64,000 bases of DNA from Octopus vulgaris (GCA_951406725.2 OX597819.1:125240001-125304000); one strand, 5' to 3'; numbered from the stretch's first letter, positions 12,088 to 24,682 are shown. Numbers and translations: made by a program. The notes: a model not told the origin generated them from the letters alone.

Positions 12088-13124
12088 AATGTATATTATT
12101 ACACTTATAACATCCACTTTAGCAATATTTCTTCAATCCACTATTATCTCCATTGGACTGAATGGAAGTTTCTTGGTTTCTTGAATTTAGATCTTTGTTG
12201 CTAGCCATTTCAAAAATTGTATACATTTGATATAGTAAACTACATGCTGCTTTGTAATTTATTCCATTCTCTGAACTTTCTCGATACCTCAAATTGGAAA
12301 ATGTTATGATGGATTGATTCTAAAAGAATGAAATACAAATTTGACATTAATAGGATTTGAACTTAGAACACAGAGAGTGGGAACAAATACTGTCAGGTAT
12401 TCTATCTGATGCTCTATCCACTACTTTGAAAAATGTTATAGCACTATAGTTATAGAACTTATCATGGTAGAAGCCAGACCAGCAGACCCAATGAAGCAGA
12501 ATTCATGGCCAAAGACAGTCTAGGACCATCCAAAATCTTGTATAGCTATGTCTAGTGTGGCTCTTTTTTTTTCAAATTTTAGTCTTATGAGAAGTAGGCC
12601 CCGAAACGGTGCACATTCTCTCCTGATGACCCCATACACTTGCTGGCTTCCGGTATGCGGAGTTTTTGAATGGTAGCACTTGCATGTGCGAGTTGTTTGC
12701 AAGACATTGCTAGAAACTGCAACCAAATCTTCCTGAAATCATACAAATTGAGGAAGATTTGGCTTCACTTTCTAGCAGATAGATGAACCCCCTAGAGGCT
12801 TACCCATTGAGTAATCGTTTCTAATTTAGATACAAGAACAACAATGTTGAAAGTGAAAGGGGTGGCTTAGATGATGTCATAATTCCAGGTTCTGATCGGT
12901 ACTTTATTTTATCAACTCTGGAAAGCTGAAAGGCAAAGCTGACCTCAGCATTATTGAAATTCAGAATGTAAAGTATCATAACAAAATGCTTTTAGGCATC
13001 ATTTTGTACAGCACTGTTATGATTTGGTCAATCCTTCACTCATTTTTTACTCCTTCATTACATAAGGATTAATGTAGCATTACTTGTGGTAATGATAAGG
13101 TGTTATTGGAAGCATATTATAATA

Positions 13125-13459
13125 TAGAGCAGCCAACTGGCTTCCATACCCGTAGCACGTAAAAGGGCACCATTCGAGCGTGATCGTTACCAATGTCTCT
13201 TCACTGGCACCTGTGCGGTGGCATGTGTAAAAAGATTCGAGCGAGGTTGTTGCCAGTACCGCCTGACTGGCCCCCGTGCTGGTGGCACGTAAAAAGCACC
13301 CACTACACTCTCGGAGTGGTTGGCGTTAGGAAGGGCATCCAGCTGTAGAAACTCTGCCAGATCAAGATTGGAGCCTGGTGCAGCCATCTGGTTCGCCAGC
13401 CCTCAGTCAAAATCGTCCAACCCATGCTAGCATGGAAAGCGGACATTAAACGATGATGA
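13125..13459 (+). mobile_element. Retroposon family A
   Basis: Ends about 95 nt upstream of exon C. Confidence 0.85.
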
Positions 13460-13554
13460 CTGTTGTATTATAACTATTTCTAATTAGTAATTTTTCAGCA
13501 GTTTTTAAACTTAATCTTATGATTAAACACTTCTTCTAATTTTTATTGCTACAG

Positions 13555-13677
13555 TTAAATGTATGGATCTCGACAGAAGGAAAACGTATTTTGGAGAAAT
13601 ATAACTCTTGTGTTGACAATCTAAAGAGTGCCAAGTCACTGGAAGAGCAATTCTTGAAAGACTATTTCTCAGCTATG
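13555..13677 (+). CDS. Internal exon C of the same RhoGEF (spectrin repeat)
   Basis: Acceptor ttttattgctacAG, donor GTAAGT at 13678; 123 nt, phase 0/0; LNVWISTEGKRILEKYNSCVDNLKSAKSLEEQFLKDYFSAM with the helix-A Trp of a spectrin repeat. Confidence 0.88.
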
Positions 13678-13685
13678 GTAAGTTA

Positions 13686-14033
13686 TCTCTATATATATAA
13701 ATGGCAAAATGTCTGTGTGTCCTTTATACAAATCCACGATTTTTCAGTTAGAGGGCTGGCACTTTCTATGGTCATTCAAAACCGTCCAAGGGTGGTCGTG
13801 CACATCTTTACATTTCCCCAATCACCCTGCAAAGCCATTAATAAATCAATAGAAGTGACTTTTTTGTGAATTTTCTATCCAAAACCCAACCAAAATGCCT
13901 GAAACTTGATACGCCAATTGAATGCCAGCTAGCTGTATGTGATTGGTCGGAGATTTGGACAGTACTCGCATGTATGTGTGCACACACGCAGCTGTATATG
14001 CATGCACTAGCAATATGACCCTCATAGTGCTAG
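13686..14033 (+). mobile_element. Non-autonomous Helitron, copy 1
   Basis: 5' TC(TA)n start, 3' hairpin remnant then CTAG, inserted between A and T; near-identical to 60883-61252. Confidence 0.75.
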
Positions 14034-14379
14034 TTTTTGATATTTTGATCAAGGGTAGAATTTATAATCTAAAGAAACAGGTGAGGATCATAACTTGAAC
14101 TCACTCTGATGAAGAATCTTTAATCTAAAACATCTGTTTTTTTTTTCATCCATTCCTCATAACAATCAAATTTATTGTCATTCAATTAACCCTCCTTCAC
14201 AGGTAATATTTGTACTCAATTATGTAAGCAACCTGTTGCATGTACCTTTTTGCTTTTTATTTATTCATAATTAAGGTTACCTAATTAAGGTCTTAGTGAA
14301 ACACTTTAAAATAAATTGGAAAATTCAGTCAACACCAGTTTATCACAATGAGGTATTTTATCAATACTGAATCAGCTTC

Positions 14380-14784
14380 GCTGACTGACAGGTGACGGTC
14401 ATTTAGAGAATGCACTGGTTAAGACTACGCACCTTCACTGGTCAGTTAAGGTGAGACAGTGTCATGTGACAACTTGCTGGGGCTGCCTGCTGGAGCCTAC
14501 GACAGGTATTTAAAGGGAAAAATTTGACAAGTCAGTCAGTCACCGGCTGACACTCACTGACGATACATCGAAGAGGCCAGGGAGCAGAAGAAAGAAGAAG
14601 AAAGAAGACATGCACCCAACACCAGAGCTGAAGACACCTCCGAAAGGTGGGGCCCTGCCACGTCAAAACAGTAGAGGAGTAAGGGCCGAAACCAGACGTG
14701 GTTCCTCCTGATGATGTCTTGAGCTAACTGGATCCTATAAAGGAGCTGTTGTGGTAGCAGACCACGAAACACGGTTGTAATTCC
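14380..14784 (+). mobile_element. LTR/pLTR-like repeat with TATA-like box, Inr-like TCAGTC and hammerhead-like boxes
   Basis: Near-identical reverse copy at 53594-53987; TATTTAAA about 14507, (TCAG)n about 14532; CTGANGA at 14557, 14628, 14708; GAAAC at 14688, 14766. Confidence 0.6.
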
Positions 14785-15234
14785 CCTGATGAAAGGTAGA
14801 TACGATTCTGATGGGATTTGGATTCAGAAATAGGGGGAATTTGGTCATTTATATAAACCCCATTCTTGACTGGTATTTTATTGATCTGGGAGAAAAGCAT
14901 AGTGAAGTTAACCTTAGCAAAACTGGGATTCGAAACTTAAACAGCTGAAATGAATATTGCATCTGATGCAGAAACAAGTCTGCTAATCTACCAGTCTTTG
15001 GGAATTAATAAAGGATAACATTTACAGACTTTAGCAATGGCTTAAAGTTGCCAGTAAAAAGAAAAACAAAGCCTTTAAGTAATTGCTCAGCCTGCTAGAA
15101 ATAGTAGTTAAATTTCTGTTAAGCCTGTTAATTCCAAATGTAACTTAATTCAGATAGAAAACAAAATTTTCTTTGTATTGTTAGAACATAAAGAAATATT
15201 GTCAACCATCTTCTCAACTAATTAATAAACATTG

Positions 15235-15615
15235 TTGGGTGTGGTAAGAAGCTTACTTCCCAACCACATGGTTCCAGGTTCACTTTCACTGCATGGTACC
15301 TTGTGCAAGTGTCTTCTATAACCTTTGGTCGACTAAAACTTTTTGAGTGGATTTGGAAGACAGAAACTGAAAGAAGCCCATGGTACGTGTGTGTGTGTGT
15401 GTCTGTGGTTGTTCTCCCCCCCACCCCGTCACTTGACAACCAGTGTTGGTGTGTTTATGTTCCCCATAACTTAGCAGTTCAGCAAAAGAGACAGATAGAA
15501 TGAGTACCAGGCTTAAAAAGAAAGTAAGTACAGGAGTCAATTAGTTCAACCAAAATTCTTGAAGTTAGTGCCCCAGCATGGCCAAAGTCTAATGACTGAA
15601 AGAAGTAAAAGACAG
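15235..15615 (+). mobile_element. SINE family C, older copy
   Basis: GTGTGGTAAGAAGCTTACTTCCCAACCACATGGTTCC head. Confidence 0.75.
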
Positions 15616-16003
15616 AAAATAATCTTCGGTGCTATCAGGTGTGATAGATGCATGAACAAAGCCATTGCTTCAAGAACAGATTTGTGTGCAAAATCAATGT
15701 TGATTCTCTGGAGGTTGTTGATAAAAAAGACTCTTCTTAACAAACAAAAAAAAACTCTTCCTTAACAACAGGAAATCTTGAGAAGAGGTCTTGCTTCAGT
15801 CAAGTGTTTTAGCCTATAAATGAGACGAAAATTGTTATGAAGAATGCTTTTTTAAACATACAAAGCCAAGCAGAGGAATATCTCCAACACATGCAAGCAC
15901 GCACATGCACGTACACGCACGTACACACACACAAAGTGGTGAATGGAACTAGAAAAATGAATGAAGAGTGAGACGGACAATGAGAAATACATGAGATAAG
16001 TAT

Positions 16004-16393
16004 ATCTCTTTTACTTGTTTCAGTCATTTGACTGCGGCCATGCTGGAGCACCGCCTTTAATCGAGCAACTCGATCCCGGGACTTATTCCTTGTAAGCCCA
16101 GTACATATTCTATCGGTCTCTTTTGTCGAACTGCTAAGTGACGGGGACATAAACACACCAGCATCGGTTGTCAAGCAATGCTAGGGGGACAAACACAAAC
16201 ATACACACCCACATATATATACATATATACGATGGGCTTCTTTCAGTTTCCGTCTACCAAATCCACTCACAAGGCTTTGGTTGGCCCGAGGCTATAGTAG
16301 AAGACACTTGCTCAAGGTGCCACGCAGTGGGACTGAACCCGGAACCATGTGGTTGGTAAACTAGCTACTTACCACACAGCCACTCCTACACCT
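16004..16393 (-). mobile_element. SINE family C
   Basis: As 11216. Confidence 0.85.
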
Positions 16394-16461
16394 ATACATA
16401 TATATGTATATTTACAATATAAACTATGTAAGTTCAGTATACTTTTACAGATATATATATT

Positions 16462-16658
16462 GCCAATACTGCCTGACTGGCACGTAAAAGCACCCACTAC
16501 ACTCTCGGAGTGGTTGGTGTTAGGAAGGGCATCCAGCTGTAGAAACTCTGCCAGATCAAGATTGGAGCCTGGTGCAGCCATCTGGTTCACCAGCCCTCAG
16601 TCAAAATCGTCCAACCCATGCTAGCATGGAAAGCGGACATTAAACGATGATGATGATG
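16462..16658 (+). mobile_element. Retroposon family A, short copy
   Basis: Core and tail. Confidence 0.85.
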
Positions 16659-16663
16659 GTGAT

Positions 16664-17045
16664 ATTTCATTTTTGTATTCGGTTTGCAAGATTCTATATG
16701 AGGATTCGTGTGTTGAAGCATATTTTATTGTGTCAGGGGAGAGTCATTCTGTTTTAATGCCTTATTAATTTAACACACTCACTGGTTCGATTTCCACTCA
16801 TTTAATTACTAATTTAAAAAAAAAGGTTTTTGTTGCTTCTTGCAACCCCTTCAATAACCATTGACTCTGTTCCTTTTTCTTATTTTGATGTTTTGTAACA
16901 TCGTGTGTTTTAGTTTTCTTGCTCAACATTCTGTGAGTCCTAGCTGCTTCACAAAAAGAAAATGACTCTCCCCAGACACAACAGAATATGCTTCAACACA
17001 CGAATTCACACAAAGAATCTTGCAAACCAAATCCAGAAACGAAAT
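16664..17045. mobile_element. Foldback element related to 5228-5603
   Basis: Inverted arms about 16664-16754 / 16955-17045; decayed hammerhead-like motif on the - strand at 16826-16854. Confidence 0.55.
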
Positions 17046-17662
17046 TTCTTGTAAGTTCTCTCATATACACATACATACACACACACACACATATAAACAC
17101 ACATACATGTAAAGAAGAGAAGTAATGAGATTGGACATAAAAATTATATGAGTATGAAGAGGTACTCTAGCAAGCAATTGGTTTGTGGGACCATCTTTTT
17201 AATTAGACTTTTGTAGTTTTAGACTACAAAATACTCCATCGTTAAGGCCTCTGTAATATTAGTACAGGTTTCAATTAGCTGGATGTTTCTTTTGAAAGAA
17301 GGTCATAAAAAGTGTTTAGTGATTTAACCAAACTAGTAAAGGACAATGAAATCTTTGATAAATGCCACTCTAACTATTTAACAGTAATAAAATGCCGGCC
17401 TTATATTTTTCTCATTTTTAATCACTGGCTGGAAAAGAATGTCATTGTGAAACTTGAATTCAGAAAAATTCCTTCCATAACCTACATACCAGGTGAAAGC
17501 TCCACCCACATGTACGTGTTGCCAATTGCTTCTCATGCATACTTGCACACATACATCCATACGCACATGCATACATACACATACATATACATACATGGAT
17601 TCAAATTACTTTTATGTTTAAAAAAAAAAAGCTTACTTTCATGTAACTGAACATTACATACT

Positions 17663-17664
<2 letters not shown>

Positions 17665-17727
<63 letters not shown>
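17665..17727. repeat. (CAT)n repeat
   Basis: Direct reading. Confidence 0.95.
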
Positions 17728-17728
<1 letters not shown>

Positions 17729-18138
17729 TCTGTTCATGAATATGAAATTATAATTTCCTATGGTGTTGTTGTTAGGTTGTACGTCCATCATTCTGGCCAT
17801 CACATGCATATATTTTATGCATTTGGAATAATTATTTTCTAGTATATAAAACTATTTTTAATACGGCAACATGAACTTTAAAGGTAACTTGGCTGTTAAT
17901 TCTAGCAGGTCAATTGGTTACATAGAATAACAATGTTATGTGGTTTACCTTTTGTTTTGTCTATAACCTAGACTATATAAGTAATTGCTATTATGATATT
18001 TTAGTGCTGAGGGTGGAAAATGTAAATTTAAAACACTGTAGTTTAAACTCATTTGGCTTGCTGGATAAGGTTTTTATTTTGACTGAATATAAGCAACAAA
18101 GTAGATTGATAAAAGATACTTAAGTAAATGTGCTTTTT

Positions 18139-18366
18139 TTAACCCTTTTGTTACCATATTTCTGTTGAGATGCTCTGTGTTTCTTTGAATTAATTTTAAA
18201 TATAACAAAGAATTATTTAAATAATGTAGTCATCATTAAGCTGGTGTTAGGAACATAAATTGTGACTAAGGTTTGGTGGGAGATTTTAATTCAAAACTTA
18301 TGAAAACAAGACATTTGTACTCAAAGCAAGAGCCGGTTTAAGCCGGGTTGGTAACGAAAGGGTTAA
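18139..18366 (+). mobile_element. piggyBac-type MITE
   Basis: TTAA|CCCTTTTGTTACCA...TGGTAACGAAAGGG|TTAA. Confidence 0.85.
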
Positions 18367-19654
18367 AGAGAAAGTGGGATTTTATTATAATGTGAGATTA
18401 AAAGTTTAAGGTAAACTACTATATTTAAATACAGTAAAAAGTGAAAATTATAATAATCAGTAATCTTAGTAGGCTGAGTAAAGAACCAGAGTATAGAAGA
18501 GCAAGGCTGGCTCAACATTTAGAAGTTATTTTGTTTTGTGGTGTTTTTTAGCCACAAAAGAAAGCAGTGCTCATGACACATTATAGAGCTTCTGAGATTG
18601 ATGGGAAGGAGTAGGTATCCTCGAATTGTTTGTAAGTGTAGGTTTTGTGGAAACCAGTGAAGGTGTCAGGTGGTGGTGGTGTTAAACTGGGCAATGGATT
18701 AAGCCTTCTACCCAAATAATCCATGGCAATATTTGAACTCAGAATGCAAAGAAACAGAACAAATATCACAAGGTATCTGGTCTGGCATTCTTACAGTTCT
18801 GTCAATGCCCTGCCTTGAATTAGTATTTTTTTTATTAACCCCAAAGAGATTGAAAGGCAAATTCAACTTTGCCAGGATTTGAACTCAGGGCACAGAGATT
18901 TGGAACAAATACTATGCAGCATACTATCCAATGTTGTAACAACTCTTCCAGTTGACTGTCATCTTGTGGAACAGTCCAAACATTATTAAAGTCCAAGTGA
19001 AACACAAAGTGTTCTGTGGAAAAGAAAGCACGTCACAGTCAAAACATATTACAGTTGAAGCATATTACAGTCCTCCTATTTTTGAGTTCTAATTCTGCAT
19101 GTATATAAAAAAAATGCCCCAGCATGGCTGCAGCTCTAAGCTGAAACTACAAAAAACAAAAAAAAAAGAAAATATACTGAATCAAGATGCATGACCTTGT
19201 GAGTAGGGTGTTTGACTTATGATTGGAAGATGATAGCTTCAGTTCCCAATCTACCCAACTAAAAATGAGTGTCAACAACAGCTTCAATCTTGTGATGGAT
19301 TGGCATCTTGTTCAGGGTTGTTGGGGATTACTGGACTCTAAATCACTTTACACACCATGGAAACTGAGGTTAAGCTCCAGCCCAATAAGCCTGTAGGCCT
19401 GTGACAGAACAAAGACTAATATACTGAGGTTAAGAGAATAGAAGAAGGCAAGAAAATATACAGTGAAAGAGTACAAGACAAATGGTTGGTGGAGGAAGAG
19501 CCATGGATAGGGGTGAGCACTGCAGTGGGGCTCAGGAGGTAGATTCAAGCTTTGGTTGTGGTTGTACATGAAAGGGATGGATGGTGTGGATTTGGGAGAA
19601 GCAGCATTAGTTCCTGTTGGATAGTAGAGAGGTTGGCAAGTAATAACAGAGGAG

Positions 19655-19959
19655 AAATCGATCAAAAATCAATGGAAATTGTAGTTGTGATACCAGTGCG
19701 GTGGCACGTAAAAGAGCCATCCGAACGTGGCCGTTGCCAGCGCCGCCTCAACTGGCTTCTGTGCTGGTGGCACATAAAAAGCACCAACCGATCGTGGCCA
19801 CTACACTCACAGAGTGGTTGGTGTTAGGAAGGGCATCCAGCTGTAGAAACACTGCCAGATCAGACTGGAGCCTGGTGCAGCCTCCTGGCTTCCCAGACCC
19901 TGGTCAAACCATCCAACCCATGCTATCATGGAAAGCAGATGTTAAACGATGATGATGAT
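19655..19959 (+). mobile_element. Retroposon family A with 5' head
   Basis: Begins AAATCGATCAAAAATCAATGGAAATTGTAGTTGTGATACCAGTG. Confidence 0.85.
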
Positions 19960-20594
19960 GTACTGAGTGGGGTATTTTGATACAGTACTAGTACATTTTC
20001 TCTTTTGTGTGCACATGCGCATACACACACATGCTTTGCATTACATCCAAATGGCACAGAATATCCTAATTTCTAGCATAAAAATTGAGGTTAAATTGTA
20101 GGAAAGCCTTCTAGTTTATAAATTTAATCAACTGGAAAACTTATTCAATTTAGTCAAGTTAGCTTGACAGATCTGTACAGTACTTAAATGACGGAAACAT
20201 TTGTCAAGTCTACTGTTAATCCTTCAATGATGGAGGCAAGGAACTTTGTTGTTCCAAACACTCTGGACTTGATTAGATAAGTAGCACTTAATATCCTGAA
20301 ATCAATAAAATAAGTCCAATAGAGTACTTAAGTGATCCAATTGGTCATTCTTTGTTCATTTCTTCCTTTTGGGTTGCTTTCTTTTTAAATCTAAACTACC
20401 ACTAAACATATTTTAACATTTTCTACTGTTACTGAACTTGATCAACTCCAGTACTTAACTGGCACTTTATTGATTCTGTAACAAGGAAAAGCAAAAATGA
20501 CTTTGGCAGGATTTGAACTCAGAATGTTAAGAGTGGAATAAATGCCACCAGGCATTTACTTGACGCTCCTATAATTCTGCTAATCAACCACCTC

Positions 20595-20770
20595 AGTACC
20601 AGTTTACTGCCATCCTACCAATTGACTGCTTTGGTACCAATCAGTTGCTTCAGTTCCAGCCACCTTGCAGCCAGTTCAGTAACCTCTGTGCCAGTCAACT
20701 ACATCACAGCTATGACTGCCTTGGTGCCACCTGACTGCCTTGGTGCCAGCTGACTGCTTGGGTGCTAATC
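20595..20770. repeat. Degenerate about 20-bp minisatellite (TGACTGCCTTGGTGCCAGC-like)
   Basis: Three clear units at 20712-20767, more decayed units upstream. Confidence 0.6.
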
Positions 20771-21020
20771 AGCCCTATTTTCTAACATAGAAAAAGCACT
20801 CATAAATTTTAGAGCAAGGGCAGTCAATGAAATTGATCCAGCACTAGGTTCACGGAAAGATGTTTTATCGTACCCAGGTGGATGAAAAGTAAAACTGACC
20901 TTGACAGAATTTGAACTTAGAACGTAACAGAACATAACTAATTGCTGTTAGCATTTATTTTTTTATTCATTTTCTTTTAAGCTCTACTACTTCTACCATT
21001 CCACTGCCTTTAATTGTGTC

Positions 21021-21257
21021 TTATTTCTTTACTACCCACAAGGGGCTACACACAGAGGGGACAAACAAGGACAGACAAACGGATTAAGTCGATTATATCA
21101 ACCCCAGTGCGTAACTGGTACTTATTTAATTAATCGACCCCGGAAGGATGAAAAGCAAAGTTGACCTCGACGGAATTTGAACTCAGAACGTAGCGGCAGA
21201 CAAAATACCGCAAAGCATTTCACCCGACATGCTAATGATTCTGCCAGCTCGCCGCCT
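21021..21257 (-). mobile_element. SINE family B
   Basis: Full-length reverse copy amid older decayed copies (20440-22100). Confidence 0.8.
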
Positions 21258-21554
21258 TAATTGAGGCCATGAATGCAAATTGACTCCAGTACCTGACCGT
21301 GACTTTAATTTATTGACACTCAAGGTTAACTTTACTTTTCATCCATCTGGGACAATAAAATAAAATACCAGTCGAGTATTGGGGATCAATATAGTCAGCT
21401 GTTCCCTCCCACAAAATATCTGGCCTTATGTTTATGTTAGAAATAATTATGTTAGAAACTTAGTGGTAATAAATAATGATTTGTGATTTAGATACAAGGC
21501 CTATACTTCTGAGGGGAAAGCAATTGTCAATGCCATCAATCCCAGTACTTATTT

Positions 21555-21964
21555 GGGATCTTTTCGGTTTGAAAGGCAGTTTTGTAAAATAATTTCAACG
21601 TAACTAAACACTTTTAAACTTCGTATACTGGTAGAATGTGTTTATAAAACATCTTTTTCTCTTGGCTTTATTGAGAAAATTCTATAGTTTGTAAGATATT
21701 TGTTGTTTTTTTCTTCAATTTCTGCAATTTCAACCAATCAATGACGTCTATTGAAGTGACAACATTCTGTGCCGTATGAATATGTCCCTCGTTTAAGAAA
21801 CAGATTGGGTTTATTTACATTTCTGAAGAAAAAAGATACCCTTCCCCCACCCCTAACCCTAAAACAGATTGAAATGCAATAGATCGATACTAGGGTCATA
21901 ATTATGGGTGACAATTTCATATGACACTGCTAGAAAAAACTGCCGTTCAAACCGAAGAGATCCC
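21555..21964 (+). mobile_element. TIR MITE (GGGATC ends), copy 1
   Basis: About 28-bp TIRs GGGATCTTTTCGGTTTGAAAGGCAGTTTT / AAAACTGCCGTTCAAACCGAAGAGATCCC; internal CCCTAACCCTAA. Confidence 0.85.
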
Positions 21965-24212
21965 TTTTGTGGTATTTTATTTTATTGGCATAGGGCAAAG
22001 TTGATCTCAGTGGGATTTGAACTCCAAACATAAAGAGATGGAACAAATGTTGCAAGGCATATTTTCCAATACTCTAACGATTCTGCCAGCTCGCCACCTT
22101 CAATAGTAATAGTAATGGAAATGAGATAACGAGCTGAAAGTACTAAAATTTAAGAACGTGAAAACAAGTCAAGCGGTGACATTCATATATTCTGACTGAG
22201 AATTCCATTCACAATTTAACTCAGATCACTCTAGAATGTGCAAATATTGGCATTTATTTATTTGTGTATTTGTTTGTATTCTCAGCAGGGTGTGTGCTGT
22301 ACATTTTTTGAATATCACCAGAGAATGAAAATTGACTGACAATGTAATAGGTATGAGAGAGAGAGAGAGAGAGAAAGAGTGATTCGGTAAGGTGGGTGGA
22401 GTGGAAGTCATTGACAGAGCGGGAGGTGGGAAGAAAGAGGGTGAGGAACGAGAAGGAAGTCGGAGGGGGCAAAAAGGCAGACAGAAGAAAGGTGTGGGTG
22501 AGAGGGATTGTAAGGAGAAATAAAGAAAGAAGTTAAAGAAAAACTAAATAAATACTTGAAAGGACACTGGGAAGAAACTGGTCTGTGTGTGTGTCTGTGT
22601 GTATGCACACGCACACATATATATTTATATGAATCTCATCAGTTTATAGTTTTTTTCTGCCTGACCTGATTGACCCACTTTGAAACCATACAATAAAATT
22701 CCTTCCTTACATCATCTGTTCTATCTGCCATGACTTGAAATACTTTCATACCTTCTGCCACACATCTTTGAATACTTAGTGAGTAAACTCTCACAAACTT
22801 TCCCTCTCACTCATTCTTACTCTCACAGTCACTCCTTCTATATACACACACACACACACACATACATACACATCTGTCTATACTTTGTAAACTTTATTAT
22901 CCACTATAAGTCCAACGTCTCTCTAAGGGAAGATATATGATGAACCCATCTTACAAACTCTTTACATTTGTGGCTTCATACTTTCTGAAGAATAGATGCT
23001 AGCCACTGGGAATTACATTTGTCTTCAGGTAAGAAATAAAACCTTAAGGTCATTTCTTTCTTCTTCTCTTTATAATCACCTGTTAATGCCTGGAAGTTTT
23101 CTTTATTAAAGAAAAACTTTTAATCATATTTTAGTCTTGGAGAAACTTTTAATCATATTTTATTGTCTTGGAGAAACTTTTTGTATTTTTCTTTACCTGT
23201 AATTCATTCAAGTTTTCAAAACTATGCAACATACTAAAATATTTATGTACTTTATAAATGTTGTCATATAAGGCACTAACATACTCTCTGTCTCTCTTTA
23301 TATAACCACCTGTCTGTCTATCCTCCCTACTAGAGGGAATAATGGGTTGTTACCAAACTTCTGTTTGATTTTTATGAGAAGCTAATTAACTCAAATAAGC
23401 AACAGACACATATATATTGTGATTGATCAGTGGAAAGTTAGGCATTCTATCATCTACGTGTATATGATATTTCTTAGTATTATTCATCTCTTTATTCTTT
23501 TCGCTGGGATGTTTTGGTGTCTGTAAAGTAAATAATAGACATACATACACATACCAACTCATGCATAGACTATATGGTTCCGAGGCAACCGATTCTGCCC
23601 CCCACCCACCAGACAGCTTCCTCCATCCCAACTGCAGATAATAAACCTCTGCACTATTGCTCCATATGACAACTGTCTTGAGACAATTTAAGTTGAAATT
23701 GTGGTGCAGGTTCTGGTTAAGATGTAAGTGGTCAAGGTTGAATTTGTGGTGTTGGTTTATGTATCGTCAACATGTAAAGTCTTTGTTCCATGCTGGCATG
23801 AGTTGGATTGTTCGACAGGGTCTACTGAGTCCAAACACTGCATCATGCTCCAGTGCCTGCTTTTACAGCTGGATGCCCTTCCTAACACCAGCCACCTTAC
23901 AGAGTGTACAGGATGCCTTTTCATGGCACCATCACTAGTGAGGCTGGTATGCAGATCCATTTTGATAGTAGAGAAGGAGTGGCATTATGTTATAAGATGA
24001 GGGGTCAGTGTGAGAGAGAAGGGGCCAGAATGGAACAAGCTGCTTGGTGTAGAAAAGTTACTTGGCGACTCACATCATAGAAGAGAGAAGTGGGAATGCA
24101 TACATGTATGTGTGTGTGTGTGTGAAAAAACAAGCAGGTGTGTGTGTACATACACACACACACCTGCTTGTTTCCTCACCTGTCTTCATCTTTTGTTTTC
24201 TGTAAACTTGAA

Positions 24213-24651
24213 TTATATATATATGTATATATATATATATATATATATGGGTATGTTTATATGTGTGCCTGTGTATATATATATATATATATGTATATGT
24301 ATATATATATATATGTATATGTATGTATATGTATATGTATATATGTATATGTATATATATGTATATGTATATATGTATATGTATATATACATGTATATAT
24401 ATATGTATATGTATATGTATGTATATATATATGTATATGTATATATATATATGCATATATATATATATGTATATATATGCATATGTATGTATATGTATAT
24501 ATATGCATATGTATGTATATGTATATATATGTATATGTATATATATATGTATATGTATATATACGTATATGTATACATATATTTCATCATCATTTAACGT
24601 CCGCTTTCCATGCTGGCATGGGTTATATATATATGTATACATATATATATG

Positions 24652-24682
<31 letters not shown>
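24213..24682. repeat. (TA)n/(TATATG)n compound microsatellite
   Basis: Direct reading; source of the Y/I/M/H-rich spurious ORFs; contains a short family A tail fragment at 24584-24623. Confidence 0.95.

Noticed and set aside
14106-14136. CTGATGAAGAATCTTTAATCTAAAACATC, hammerhead-like
   Set aside because: GAAA box is mutated and stems I and III are not convincing; at most a decayed relic.
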